Assembly (NCBI GenBank): GCA_036272835.1
Contig: DATAXY010000025.1
Coordinates: 334,155 to 374,154, forward strand
DNA length: 40,000 nucleotides
Direction: 5' to 3'
DNA from: Bryobacteraceae bacterium
GTDB lineage: Bacteria; Acidobacteriota; Terriglobia; Bryobacterales; Bryobacteraceae
The position numbers and the translations under genes were made by a program. The notes under the pieces were generated by a model. That model worked only from the letters and a program-made list of their open reading frames with translations, made no database searches and had not been told where the DNA came from. Below, piece after piece: positions 29,273 through 37,876 of the stretch (the stretch's first letter is position 1; every line of letters begins with the position of its first letter).

Positions 29273-30430
29273 CTAAGTTTCTCGCTTTGCCACGTCCGGT
29301 ACACTGTGGGCAGCATCACTACTCGACTGCTCGCAATTCCACAATTCAACTGAATCTGTATAGTAATATTCGACGTTAATTGCGTTCCCGGAATTCCATT
29401 GCCGAACCGCAGAAATTATTTTTGTGTTTGCTTCGCTACCAGGATCACCGTGTAATCCAACAAACACGCATCGGAATGAGGGCGCGAACATTCGTTTCAT
29501 AACGTGAGCATCTGAAGGCCCAAGGCTGTGACCAAACGTAAAAAGGATACTCCCGCTGCGGGAGAAGGTTGTGAGGCAGTACCTCAAGTACGGATGCCGG
29601 GTAATCTGCTGCATCTTTTCAGCGCTTGTTCCCTCGCAAACAAATAGGGGAGCTCGGCCCTCTCTGATGTTCATCTTGATTTGATCTACAAGTTTGCCAC
29701 CATCAGAGGTGATTTTCGTCAGTATTCCGTTTGACTCGAACAGGTGAAGCCCGCCGTGCAAGAAGTGCACATTCTGTTGGTATTGGCGGGTCTCCCGAAA
29801 AGTGTCCCTCCACTCAAGTCTTCCCTCTAAAAACTCTGACCTTCTGAAGCCGTCGCTCCATCCCTCCCAGCCAGCCGTAGCGAGAGTCCAATATAGAAGC
29901 AGATCGTAGTTCAAGGTGAAAACGTGGCCAAAGTTCTTCAGAAAGGAAAGCGTCGACGCGTAAGCATCATCGGGTATAACGAACACGTGATCGGGATGCC
30001 GTTGGGCAACAGCCCTAACCAGCGCATCTTTTATGAAATCACTATCTACTCGAAACTTCTCGCCGATCTGCAACCCGTGCTCGGCGTGACATGTCGCGAG
30101 CTTGCTTGCGATATCCAGATAGCGGATGACCTCTTCGAAATCTTTGGTACCGAGAATCTCAAACGCTTTTTGGGCTGTTGGAGCTAAGCTGAAATCGGTA
30201 TCGGTGAACAAGGCATTGTAGCTGAAAATGCTCTTATCCCAAGCGATACTGAATCCATTGCCGAGAAGAAGAACACATCTCTCAGGGGGTCCATACTCTT
30301 TGGCCTTCTGAAGAGCCCGGTCAAACGAAACGACCTCAATCACAATAAGACATAATACAGTACGCTTGTTGTTGGGCAAGCCCAAAGCTTCAAAACGCTC
30401 GCCTAATACTTGCCTCCTCAATTCCTCCAA
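29273..30430 (-). CDS. DUF4917-like protein (SIR2-like / DHS-like NAD-binding superfamily candidate)
   Basis: 385-aa ORF with LLLGNGFSIA, FTLNYDLLLYW, VHFLHGGLHLF and FGHSLGPSDAHV, which I recall as the DUF4917/SIR2_2-type motif series. It overlaps the polB stop by 13 bp; the start may be internal. Confidence 0.55.
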   Translation of the reverse strand: MEELRRQVLGERFEALGLPNNKRTVLCLIVIEVVSFDRALQKAKEYGPPERCVLLLGNGFSIAWDKSIFSYNALFTDTDFSLAPTAQKAFEILGTKDFEEVIRYLDIASKLATCHAEHGLQIGEKFRVDSDFIKDALVRAVAQRHPDHVFVIPDDAYASTLSFLKNFGHVFTLNYDLLLYWTLATAGWEGWSDGFRRSEFLEGRLEWRDTFRETRQYQQNVHFLHGGLHLFESNGILTKITSDGGKLVDQIKMNIREGRAPLFVCEGTSAEKMQQITRHPYLRYCLTTFSRSGSILFTFGHSLGPSDAHVMKRMFAPSFRCVFVGLHGDPGSEANTKIISAVRQWNSGNAINVEYYYTDSVELWNCEQSSSDAAHSVPDVAKRET

Positions 30431-33400
30431 GTGTTCGACTCTTCCCCGGTAAACCCATCCGAACTGCTTTGCGGCAGCAGTAACCGCTTAAGCAAATTCT
30501 CATTCGTCGCATGCGGTCTGCTCCTTCCAGCCCTCAGATCGATCAGCGCACGACGAGAAAGCCCGCTCACTCTCACTAGTTCCGAGAGCGCGATCTTCTT
30601 CAGTGCGGGCAAGATCTGCATGGTCCACTCGTCTCGACGTTGATCAACATATTCCGTGTACACATCTCCCTCGTCCCGGACCATGCCAGATTCAACATCT
30701 TCGAGACGATTCGATTCTTTGCCGATGTAGATGATCCTGTCGATTTGGATGTGTCTGCGCTGAAGTAGACCGACCGTCTGTTTGTCGCAGACAATGCCCT
30801 GGGTATCGGCACACTTCGATTCAGGGTGGTACTCGTATTCGGTCAGAATATCGTTGTACGTTTTGACGCGTGCCATTGTGCGTGTTCCGTGCTGGCCTTC
30901 GGTGATGATGCGATACGTGTTGCCGCTGTACTGGTCGATCCATTTTGCCTTGTGCCATTTATTCGGGTCGGTTTCGTAGGGCGCAATCAGATGGAAGTGA
31001 TTTGGATCGGCTTCGGTTGGATGTCCGAAACTATCAACTTGGGCTGTCAGCAAGAAATTGAAGGGCTTGATCTGCGCTCCGTATTGCTTACCGGCGTTGA
31101 AGGTTGAGAATGGCTTCATGACCGCAGGACTGCTGACGGTAACTCGCCCGACTGCTGGCATATGCCCAAAGCTGAGAGCCAATGTTGGCAACCCGAAATG
31201 CTCTCGAATAATGTTGAGCCACACTTGCCCAATCCAGTCGCGGTCTTCATCACCGAGATTCATCGGATTAAGCAGATGTCCAAGGCCGTGCTCTTTCCAT
31301 CCATTGTCTTTGCTGTTGGCGTTCCGGCGCAACAAAACCGGGTCTCCGGTTTCATCCTTTAGAAATAGGGCGTATCGCTTTGCTGAGATCCCAAAACAAT
31401 AGATTTGTCTCTGCTTCTTCGATACCGGATCGAAGTTCACATCCTCGATTTTGAGCACGGAACCGGATACAAGCGTTGCGTCGTATGTGTTCGGTGCTCT
31501 GAACGTTTCGGCGATCTGCCAGACCTGCTCCCATGAGAGAGCCTGAATTGCCGGTTTGCCGTCCTCAGTTGCCAGCGATCCGCCGGGACACGGCACAATC
31601 CCACCGTGTTCAGTGGCGACGATCGCCATCGAGTCCGTGTCTTCCATGGCATACGTTCCGCTAAGGCTCGTGACACTGTGCTCAAGCAGGGCAAGCATGA
31701 GACGCGCGGCCCCCGTGATCAGTGACGCCATCGGCGAAAAGAAGTATTCTCCGGGCTTTTCGACGCGTGCATTTTGGCTTGAGAATGGCTCAGGGTCGAT
31801 TCCGTGGCAGATTGTGGATTTCTCCTTTTCCTGCTCATCGCGATTCATTTCAGCGTAGATCCCGTAACTGGTCGCGTTCGCTAGTACTTTGAGAAATTTG
31901 TTCAGCGGGTTCTCGGACGGTATCTGCTTCCGCTGTTCAATTGCAACCTTGAAGAAATCCTGTTTCGCCGGGTTGATCTCCAATTCTCCGCGCAGCCGAA
32001 TTGGTATCAGCCCAGGCAAAGTACCTTTGGGAACAATACGAAACGCATCCAAAATCGTAGGTATGCGTCCAGTCAGAATTACCGATGCAACGACATCAGG
32101 TAATGATAACCAAATCGCGTGCCGGTCCGGATTTTCTTTGTCTCCGTAAAGATAATTCGATCCGACCTGCCAATCCTTGCTGACATCCGAATATTTCGCT
32201 CTCGTTGGGACAATATCGCCATCCGGGACAATCTTCACGAACGCTGTGAGGAACTTCCAGATTTCCGGCTGAAACAATTTCTCTGGCGTGATCGCTGAGA
32301 GCCAATCGCTGATTTCGGCTGCGCAATTCTCGACAACTTCGATTTTCTTAGCAATGACGAACCGCCACAATCCCATGAGACTGTTAACCGTTGGATACAT
32401 CGACAGAAAATCCACGTACACAACGGGCACAGAAACTTTCCGAATATGAACGCTGGTGCGGCCCCCGAAGAATGCAGATTGCGCATATCCAATAAACTGT
32501 TTCGGAAACTCCGGCTGACGCTTCAGTATCGGTGGAATATTCATCGCCTTGAGATGTGCCTTACCGATCGACGCTGGCGAATATGCCTTGGTCTCCTGAA
32601 GATCGATCGAATGCCAGTCGTATTCTTCGAGAAGCTTGAAAAGCAGCCCCGCAGTTGCGCGAACGTCCTGCCGGTTGTATTCGATGTATTCGTCAGAAAC
32701 AACTCCGTGACCAAGAGCCTTTGATTTTCCTGCCTTAACTCCAAAATCTTTGCAAGCTCGCTCCAAACTGTAGTTCTTGTCGGTGAGTGCAAAAGCGAGT
32801 GTTTTCAAATCCAGGAAATGCCCCCGGAAGATATATCCTTTCTCGGGTTTGCCCGTTGTTGAGCCTTCTGGAATGAGATCCACAAAGTCAGGATTCTTTC
32901 GCGCGGTGAATCCCTTCAATGCGCTCTTGCTGTTGATGTGCTTGATTCCGAGCCTGGGTAGAAACGGATTCCGTTTGTTGGCGTTGGTTTTGTCTTGATA
33001 CGTATCGAGACCCAACGAGAAGCCACCCTCGAACGCACCTCGGGCTGTTGTGGCGTCAGACGCGATCCGGGAGAGGTCAAAGGGCAAATTGAAGCCGACA
33101 ATCAGGCCCCTGGTTTTGTATCCGACTTGATAAAGCTTGCGAATGAATTGGCTACGGGTGAGGAGCAGCAGCTTTCGTGATTGTCTTGCGCCTGTGTCTT
33201 GCGTGTTCTTTGCCACGTATTCTTTGAGAGTCGAAAGTTCGATTCCGGTTATGTCATCACCAAAGAACAGACCTTCTTCGACGCAATACTTGCCGTCGAA
33301 ATATCGATAGCTGCCAAAGATTAGGCTTTGTATCTGGTCAGTTCTGGTTTCCGTATCGAATACAAGAAAGCCGGTTGGACGTTTCCTGGACGCTGGTTTC

Positions 33401-33486
33401 TTCGGCTTCTGCTTATCGTGCTTTTTCGCGTCAGGGTAGACTCGGACCGCGATGTTCAGGGGTGTTGGGTCGGACTGTTTAATCAA
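30418..33486 (-). CDS. polB: Family-B DNA polymerase with 3'-5' exonuclease domain
   Basis: 1022-aa ORF with a TTG start. Exonuclease motifs: ExoI FDTET (D44, E46), ExoII NLPFD (N133-D137), ExoIII YNRQD (Y270-D274). Polymerase motifs: A YVDFLSMYPT (D359), B KVLANATSYG (K533), C YAMEDTDS (D616, D618). Confidence 0.92.
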   Translation of the reverse strand: MIKQSDPTPLNIAVRVYPDAKKHDKQKPKKPASRKRPTGFLVFDTETRTDQIQSLIFGSYRYFDGKYCVEEGLFFGDDITGIELSTLKEYVAKNTQDTGARQSRKLLLLTRSQFIRKLYQVGYKTRGLIVGFNLPFDLSRIASDATTARGAFEGGFSLGLDTYQDKTNANKRNPFLPRLGIKHINSKSALKGFTARKNPDFVDLIPEGSTTGKPEKGYIFRGHFLDLKTLAFALTDKNYSLERACKDFGVKAGKSKALGHGVVSDEYIEYNRQDVRATAGLLFKLLEEYDWHSIDLQETKAYSPASIGKAHLKAMNIPPILKRQPEFPKQFIGYAQSAFFGGRTSVHIRKVSVPVVYVDFLSMYPTVNSLMGLWRFVIAKKIEVVENCAAEISDWLSAITPEKLFQPEIWKFLTAFVKIVPDGDIVPTRAKYSDVSKDWQVGSNYLYGDKENPDRHAIWLSLPDVVASVILTGRIPTILDAFRIVPKGTLPGLIPIRLRGELEINPAKQDFFKVAIEQRKQIPSENPLNKFLKVLANATSYGIYAEMNRDEQEKEKSTICHGIDPEPFSSQNARVEKPGEYFFSPMASLITGAARLMLALLEHSVTSLSGTYAMEDTDSMAIVATEHGGIVPCPGGSLATEDGKPAIQALSWEQVWQIAETFRAPNTYDATLVSGSVLKIEDVNFDPVSKKQRQIYCFGISAKRYALFLKDETGDPVLLRRNANSKDNGWKEHGLGHLLNPMNLGDEDRDWIGQVWLNIIREHFGLPTLALSFGHMPAVGRVTVSSPAVMKPFSTFNAGKQYGAQIKPFNFLLTAQVDSFGHPTEADPNHFHLIAPYETDPNKWHKAKWIDQYSGNTYRIITEGQHGTRTMARVKTYNDILTEYEYHPESKCADTQGIVCDKQTVGLLQRRHIQIDRIIYIGKESNRLEDVESGMVRDEGDVYTEYVDQRRDEWTMQILPALKKIALSELVRVSGLSRRALIDLRAGRSRPHATNENLLKRLLLPQSSSDGFTGEESNTWRN

Positions 33487-34015
33487 CTGAGTCGCCCCCC
33501 TTGCGAAGTTTCTGCCACCATTTCGCCCCCAACATTTCAGTCATCTCCGCATCGAGCTTTTCAAGATTTTCCGGCTGTATCGAGAGAAATCGCTCGATCA
33601 AGTAAGACTGCATGTCAACGAATCCTCGAATACTTGCAGCTGCCCGGCGAAGTGGACTTTGATCGGGATTTTCCAGGGTTCGTGTTGGCCAGTCTTTCTG
33701 TGCTCGTGTCAATTCCGCCCGATGATCGTTGACGGGTATTTCGACTGTTGCCGGATGGTTGTTCTTGCCAGCAACATGATGTTTGTCCATTGTTGTTCGT
33801 CCTTTCTTTTTACGAAGACAAGCTGCGCACATGACCGAGTGTTTTCTCCGTGTCAATGCTTCAGGTCTCCTCTCGCCGCAATGACATGCAGCATTCTCAC
33901 CAACTCTTCTTTGCGCAATTGCTGTTCGCTGCGCTGCTTTGATGGGATCTCGTCCTTGTCGGTTTGAATTCACTTCAGACGCTCCTCGCATACACAGATT
34001 CGAAAGAAAGCACAC
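33479..34015 (-). CDS. Zinc-ribbon / HNH-like small protein, translationally coupled to polB
   Basis: 178-aa ORF (GTG at 34015; the ATG at 33991 is more plausible). Contains CHCGE...CAAC cysteines and DKHHVAGKNNHPATVEIPVNDHRAEL (H-N-H-like spacing). Its stop overlaps the polB TTG start by 8 nt (GTTGATTAA). Confidence 0.4.
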   Translation of the reverse strand: MCFLSNLCMRGASEVNSNRQGRDPIKAAQRTAIAQRRVGENAACHCGERRPEALTRRKHSVMCAACLRKKKGRTTMDKHHVAGKNNHPATVEIPVNDHRAELTRAQKDWPTRTLENPDQSPLRRAAASIRGFVDMQSYLIERFLSIQPENLEKLDAEMTEMLGAKWWQKLRKGGDSVD

Positions 34016-34613
34016 CGGCAGAACCGAGGCGATTCAGTTCCTTTAAGTCGGTAACGAGTCGAATCTCGTTTCCATTGGCGTCCTTCACTTTTTTGCCTCT
34101 AAATTTCTTCAGAGCGGAACTGTCGCCAGTTCTGAGGTACTTCTGAACGGCGTCCATGTATCGGCCTACCGTGCTGCCGTATTTGGAATTGCGAAGTGAA
34201 ACTTCCTGCTGGCCTTCATTTGATGGAATTCGCATCACTCGAAGAAGGCTGTCTGTTTTGGATACCGAATACCGTCCATTCGGCTGCTTCTTGATGGCGC
34301 GGCCAGCCCAACGAACAACGGTTTGAGACTTAACCCCCGCTTCTTTAGCAGCCTTGCTGAGAGACAACCGATCAGTTCGCATCTTGGCGATTGTCCGAAG
34401 GACCTTACTCCAGGTCTCTTGGTCCGCTTCAGGTTTTGCGAAGAAATCGTCCCGAGTTCGGGGCACGGAAGGGGCGGGACGCCGTCCACGGCTTATTTTT
34501 CTCTTGCGCCTCACGACATGAGCATGCAGGTTTGTTTTGGCAACAACAACAAAAAGTTTGTGTGTCGAAATTGCCAGGAACAGGTCGGCAGCAGTGATTG
34601 GCATCGTTGCCAA
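33975..34613 (-). CDS. Hypothetical DNA-binding protein (HTH: LSLSKAAKEAGVKSQTVVRW)
   Basis: 212-aa ORF. The N-terminal ~40 codons look non-coding and contain a palindrome, so the true start is probably further in (a GTG near 34530). The basic RRKRKISRGRR stretch precedes an HTH-like segment. Confidence 0.4.
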   Translation of the reverse strand: MATMPITAADLFLAISTHKLFVVVAKTNLHAHVVRRKRKISRGRRPAPSVPRTRDDFFAKPEADQETWSKVLRTIAKMRTDRLSLSKAAKEAGVKSQTVVRWAGRAIKKQPNGRYSVSKTDSLLRVMRIPSNEGQQEVSLRNSKYGSTVGRYMDAVQKYLRTGDSSALKKFRGKKVKDANGNEIRLVTDLKELNRLGSAGVLSFESVYARSV

Positions 34614-34619
34614 TCACTG
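34592..34619. promoter_or_regulatory. Perfect 12-4-12 palindrome (candidate operator) in the divergent control region of the element
   Basis: CAGTGATTGGCA-TCGT-TGCCAATCACTG. It lies 21 nt upstream of the ATG of ORF 34640 and over the annotated 5' end of ORF 33975..34613. Confidence 0.5.
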
Positions 34620-34639
34620 TTGGACAATAGTTTCTGGCA

Positions 34640-35242
34640 ATGGTTGAAGATGGAATGACAGACGAGACCCTACGAAAGCTAAAGGAGCAATTCCAGGAGC
34701 TAAAGCATACATTCACGAGTCTCAGCGGTTCGTCGGATTACTCCGTAGCCATCCAAGAGCTTCAGGCACTCACAAAGGATATGCCGTTGCTGGCACCGTT
34801 CCTGCGGGACGCAGCAGAACGGATGATGCCTGAAGCGACCCGAGGCAATACCGTACGCCCCGAAATGTTCACTCGTTATTTAGCGGCGATTGACACAGAG
34901 GAAAAGTTTGATCTAGTCCTTGCAAGTATGACGGAATCTGATGGTCAGCAGCTAAGCAGGCACTTAACACAGATGCTAAAGAGCGTTCTTCCCAACATTA
35001 GGGAGGACGGATTAGAAACTTTAAAGAAATTACCCCATCGGCGCGGTGGTGGAAGAAAGAAGGAAGTCGATGATGAACGAGCAGAACGGATTTGCAAAAA
35101 AATCGCAAAGCATATTGAGTCTGGCGTAAGTATTGGCGACGCGCAACGACGGGTTAGCAAGGACGAACGTCTAAGCGAAAGAACCGTTAGAGAAGTCTGG
35201 CAAAACCGAAAGAAAAGACACTTGGTGACTGAGAACAGCTAA
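34640..35242 (+). CDS. Hypothetical protein with C-terminal HTH-like segment
   Basis: 200-aa ORF upstream of cas1 on the same strand. The C-terminus GVSIGDAQRRVSKDERLSERTVREVW resembles a resolvase/Sigma70_r4-type HTH. No family recognised. Confidence 0.45.
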   Translation: MVEDGMTDETLRKLKEQFQELKHTFTSLSGSSDYSVAIQELQALTKDMPLLAPFLRDAAERMMPEATRGNTVRPEMFTRYLAAIDTEEKFDLVLASMTESDGQQLSRHLTQMLKSVLPNIREDGLETLKKLPHRRGGGRKKEVDDERAERICKKIAKHIESGVSIGDAQRRVSKDERLSERTVREVWQNRKKRHLVTENS

Positions 35243-35344
35243 CCAGCGATGACCTGGAAACGTCAACTATTTGAAGGAATATCGGGCCTGCAGCTTGTTC
35301 CACCAAGCGGCAAGCCCTAACCAGCACAGGAGGGTTAAGCTCCC

Positions 35345-36934
35345 ATGAAGGCTACAAAAACCGTAGCGCAGTCGTCGCGCGTCCGCAAGTTAACGCCGCG
35401 ACCGCCAGCAAACATCCACTTCCGACGCTTGTTCGCACCCAGCCATGGTGTCGTGGTTCTTGTCGGATTCGGGATCAAGGTTCGAATCGATCGAGGCCAT
35501 CTAATGCTAGAGGAGGGCATCGGCGACGATCGCCGTGTAGGTCGATTCCCGCGTGTCCATCATGGCCTCAGCCGCGTAGTGGCGATCGGTAACGATGGCG
35601 TAGTCTCGTTGGCAGCGTTGCAGTGGCTTGCCGATCAGAAGATAGCCCTTTCGATGTTGGAACGGGACGGAGTTGTTCTCTGCTCGATAGGTCCCATTGC
35701 GGCCTCAGACACGAGGTTGCGCCGTGCGCAAGCGTGTCTGTCTCATTCACCCTCAGCCGTTTTGATTGTTCGGGAATTGATCCGCCAGAAAATCGCCGGT
35801 CAGGAGAGCGTTGTCCGAAACAAGCTCAACAAAACGAGCGCGGCTCACGTGATCGCCAGATTTCGGAATCAACTCATGACCGCAGACAGCATCGATACCA
35901 TCCGGATGATCGAGGGACATGCAGCGGGTGTTTACTGGACAGCCTGGCAGGATGTCGCGATTCGATTTCCGAAGAGCGATCTTCCGAAAATCCCGGAACA
36001 CTGGACCCAATTTAGTACCCGTCGTTCTCCCATCTCTGGCACGTCGCGGCGATCGCCGAACCCGGTAAACGCTATTCTGAATTACCTCTACACGCTCCTG
36101 GAATCGGAAACACGGCTGGCCATCACAGCGCTCGGACTGGACCCCGGCTTCGGGCTGCTTCACGTCGATCAATCGACCCGTGACAGTCTCGTCTATGACT
36201 TGATGGAACCGATTCGACCCAAGATCGACGCCTACGTTCTCGATTGGATACTACGGACACCCCTCAAGCGCTCATGGTTTTTCGAAGAACGTGATGGTTG
36301 TTGCCGTCTCATGTCCGACATGACCGCTTCTCTAGCAGACACTACGAGAACCTGGGCTGAAGAAGTAGCGCCGATCGTCGAATGGTTTGCGCAGTCGCTT
36401 GCGTCCTCAGCCCAGGAGAGCACTCGGGTTCGGACACCGGCAACACGCCTCACTCAGCGCAGTAGATGCGAAGGACAGGGCGTTAGCGCCCCCGCCGCGA
36501 AAGAACCAAAAACTCAGCCGAACGTTTGCACCATATGCGGAACCGCTGTCTCACCGAACAATCGCTACTGCCATGAGTGCGGCCAGCAGGAATCGGGTAA
36601 GCGGCTTGCCGCAGCCCAAGCCATGAGTCTGGATGCCGCAAGGACACCAGAAGCGCTGGAGAAGAAATCAGCGGCAATGAAGGACCATCGGAACGCTCTC
36701 AGGAATTGGCAACCGTCGGATCTGCCGGAATGGTTAACCGATGAGGTTTACATCGCCAAAATTCAACTCGCCCTTGAGCGTTTTTCTAAAGCGGAAATTG
36801 CCAGAGCCCTCGGAATCTCCAAAGATTACGTCTACGAAATCGTGCGTGGCGATAAGGTGCCACATAAACGGCATTGGGTGAAGTTGGCGGAATTGGTGGG
36901 GATGAGCTCAGAAGAGGGGTCGAAGAGACGGTAA
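35345..36934 (+). CDS. cas1: Cas1 homologue (casposase-type integrase) with C-terminal zinc ribbon and HTH
   Basis: 529-aa ORF with AGGAGG ~10 nt upstream of the ATG. Cas1 motifs: IEGHAAGVYW (E190), NPVNAILNYLYTLLESE, GLDPGFGLLH (H273), YDLMEPIRP (D286/E288). C-terminal CTICG-x10-CHECG and FSKAEIARALGISKDYVYEIVRG. Confidence 0.9.
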   Translation: MKATKTVAQSSRVRKLTPRPPANIHFRRLFAPSHGVVVLVGFGIKVRIDRGHLMLEEGIGDDRRVGRFPRVHHGLSRVVAIGNDGVVSLAALQWLADQKIALSMLERDGVVLCSIGPIAASDTRLRRAQACLSHSPSAVLIVRELIRQKIAGQESVVRNKLNKTSAAHVIARFRNQLMTADSIDTIRMIEGHAAGVYWTAWQDVAIRFPKSDLPKIPEHWTQFSTRRSPISGTSRRSPNPVNAILNYLYTLLESETRLAITALGLDPGFGLLHVDQSTRDSLVYDLMEPIRPKIDAYVLDWILRTPLKRSWFFEERDGCCRLMSDMTASLADTTRTWAEEVAPIVEWFAQSLASSAQESTRVRTPATRLTQRSRCEGQGVSAPAAKEPKTQPNVCTICGTAVSPNNRYCHECGQQESGKRLAAAQAMSLDAARTPEALEKKSAAMKDHRNALRNWQPSDLPEWLTDEVYIAKIQLALERFSKAEIARALGISKDYVYEIVRGDKVPHKRHWVKLAELVGMSSEEGSKRR

Positions 36935-37126
36935 AGCCCGGTAAAGGGGAAACCGGCGATATATAATTCTCGGAATGACTCGGCTCAAGTGGGACAAATC
37001 ACAGCGTCTTGGCTAAATGATTGCGAGAATGATTAGAGGGCCAGTTGACGTTGCGAACCACGGAATTGCGGTGTTCAGCCGGGCGTGTCAGATGTTGGCC
37101 ATCATAGTTGAGCCTGTTTACTTGAA

Positions 37127-37876
37127 GTGGCGAAAGGAGGTCGCAACAATTTGATTGCGGGCGAGAACGATGTGCGTTCGAGGCCGGTTTACTCGATACC
37201 CGAGGCAGCCGGATACCTAGGCATACCCATCAACACCCTGGTTGCTTGGACCGTGGGGCGACGAAAGGCGAATAGTCCCAACTTTTATGTGCCGATACTA
37301 AGCTTCGTAAATCCGGATCTCAGGAAGTTGTCCTTTTATGATCTTGTAGAAGCGCAGATTCTTCGTGTCGCAGTCGAGCGTAAGGTACCCCTGAGGCAAT
37401 TGAAGCGAGGATTGGCATATCTCAGAAGTAAGCATCCGCTTAACCCTAGACCACTGCTCACTTATGATTTTCTAACTGAGGGCAAGTATTTGTTGGTCGG
37501 TGGGATGCTTGGGTCTAAAGAAAAGGACCAGGATGCCCTCGTAAACGCCTCGGTGCACGGGCAACTCGAAATGGCCAGCGTAATTGGAGAACATGTCAGC
37601 CTTCTGCTTAGCGGCATCGATGAATCTCTCAAATTCGTCGCGCGCGACCACGGCTCTAAGTTGCCTCATACGTTGTTTCCGAAAGGCGGACACCACTTGG
37701 TTTCGATCACGCCAGGAGTGGTTTCCGGTCGCCCAGCTATCGAAGGTACACGCATACCAACTAGGATCATTGCTCAGCGATTTCGTGCTGGTGAAGACGC
37801 CAAGACATTAGCGAAGGACTATCGTCTTTCAAAGGAGAAGATTGAGGCGGCGATCCAATACGAAGCAGCCGCATGA
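37127..37876 (+). CDS. VapB45-like antitoxin candidate: N-terminal MerR-like HTH plus C-terminal DUF433 domain
   Basis: 249-aa ORF (GTG at 37127; the TTG at 37151 is better placed, 10 nt after AAGGAGG). YSIPEAAGYLGIPINTLVAW is an HTH. The C-terminal ITPGVVSGRPAIEGTRIPTRIIAQRFRAGEDAKTLAKDY matches the DUF433 pattern. Confidence 0.7.
   Translation: MAKGGRNNLIAGENDVRSRPVYSIPEAAGYLGIPINTLVAWTVGRRKANSPNFYVPILSFVNPDLRKLSFYDLVEAQILRVAVERKVPLRQLKRGLAYLRSKHPLNPRPLLTYDFLTEGKYLLVGGMLGSKEKDQDALVNASVHGQLEMASVIGEHVSLLLSGIDESLKFVARDHGSKLPHTLFPKGGHHLVSITPGVVSGRPAIEGTRIPTRIIAQRFRAGEDAKTLAKDYRLSKEKIEAAIQYEAAA

Noticed and set aside
35345-36934. Cas1 as evidence of a CRISPR-Cas adaptation module.
   Set aside because: I could find no cas2, no other cas genes and no regularly spaced direct repeats anywhere in the 40 kb. 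Instead the gene sits inside a TIR/TSD-bounded element with a PolB.
36935-37126. Short direct repeats (AATGATT twice, TTGCG twice) and a small hairpin (CCGGT-N9-ACCGG) after cas1.
   Set aside because: They are too short and degenerate to separate from chance. The region is not CRISPR-like, and the hairpin lacks a convincing T-tract for a terminator call.
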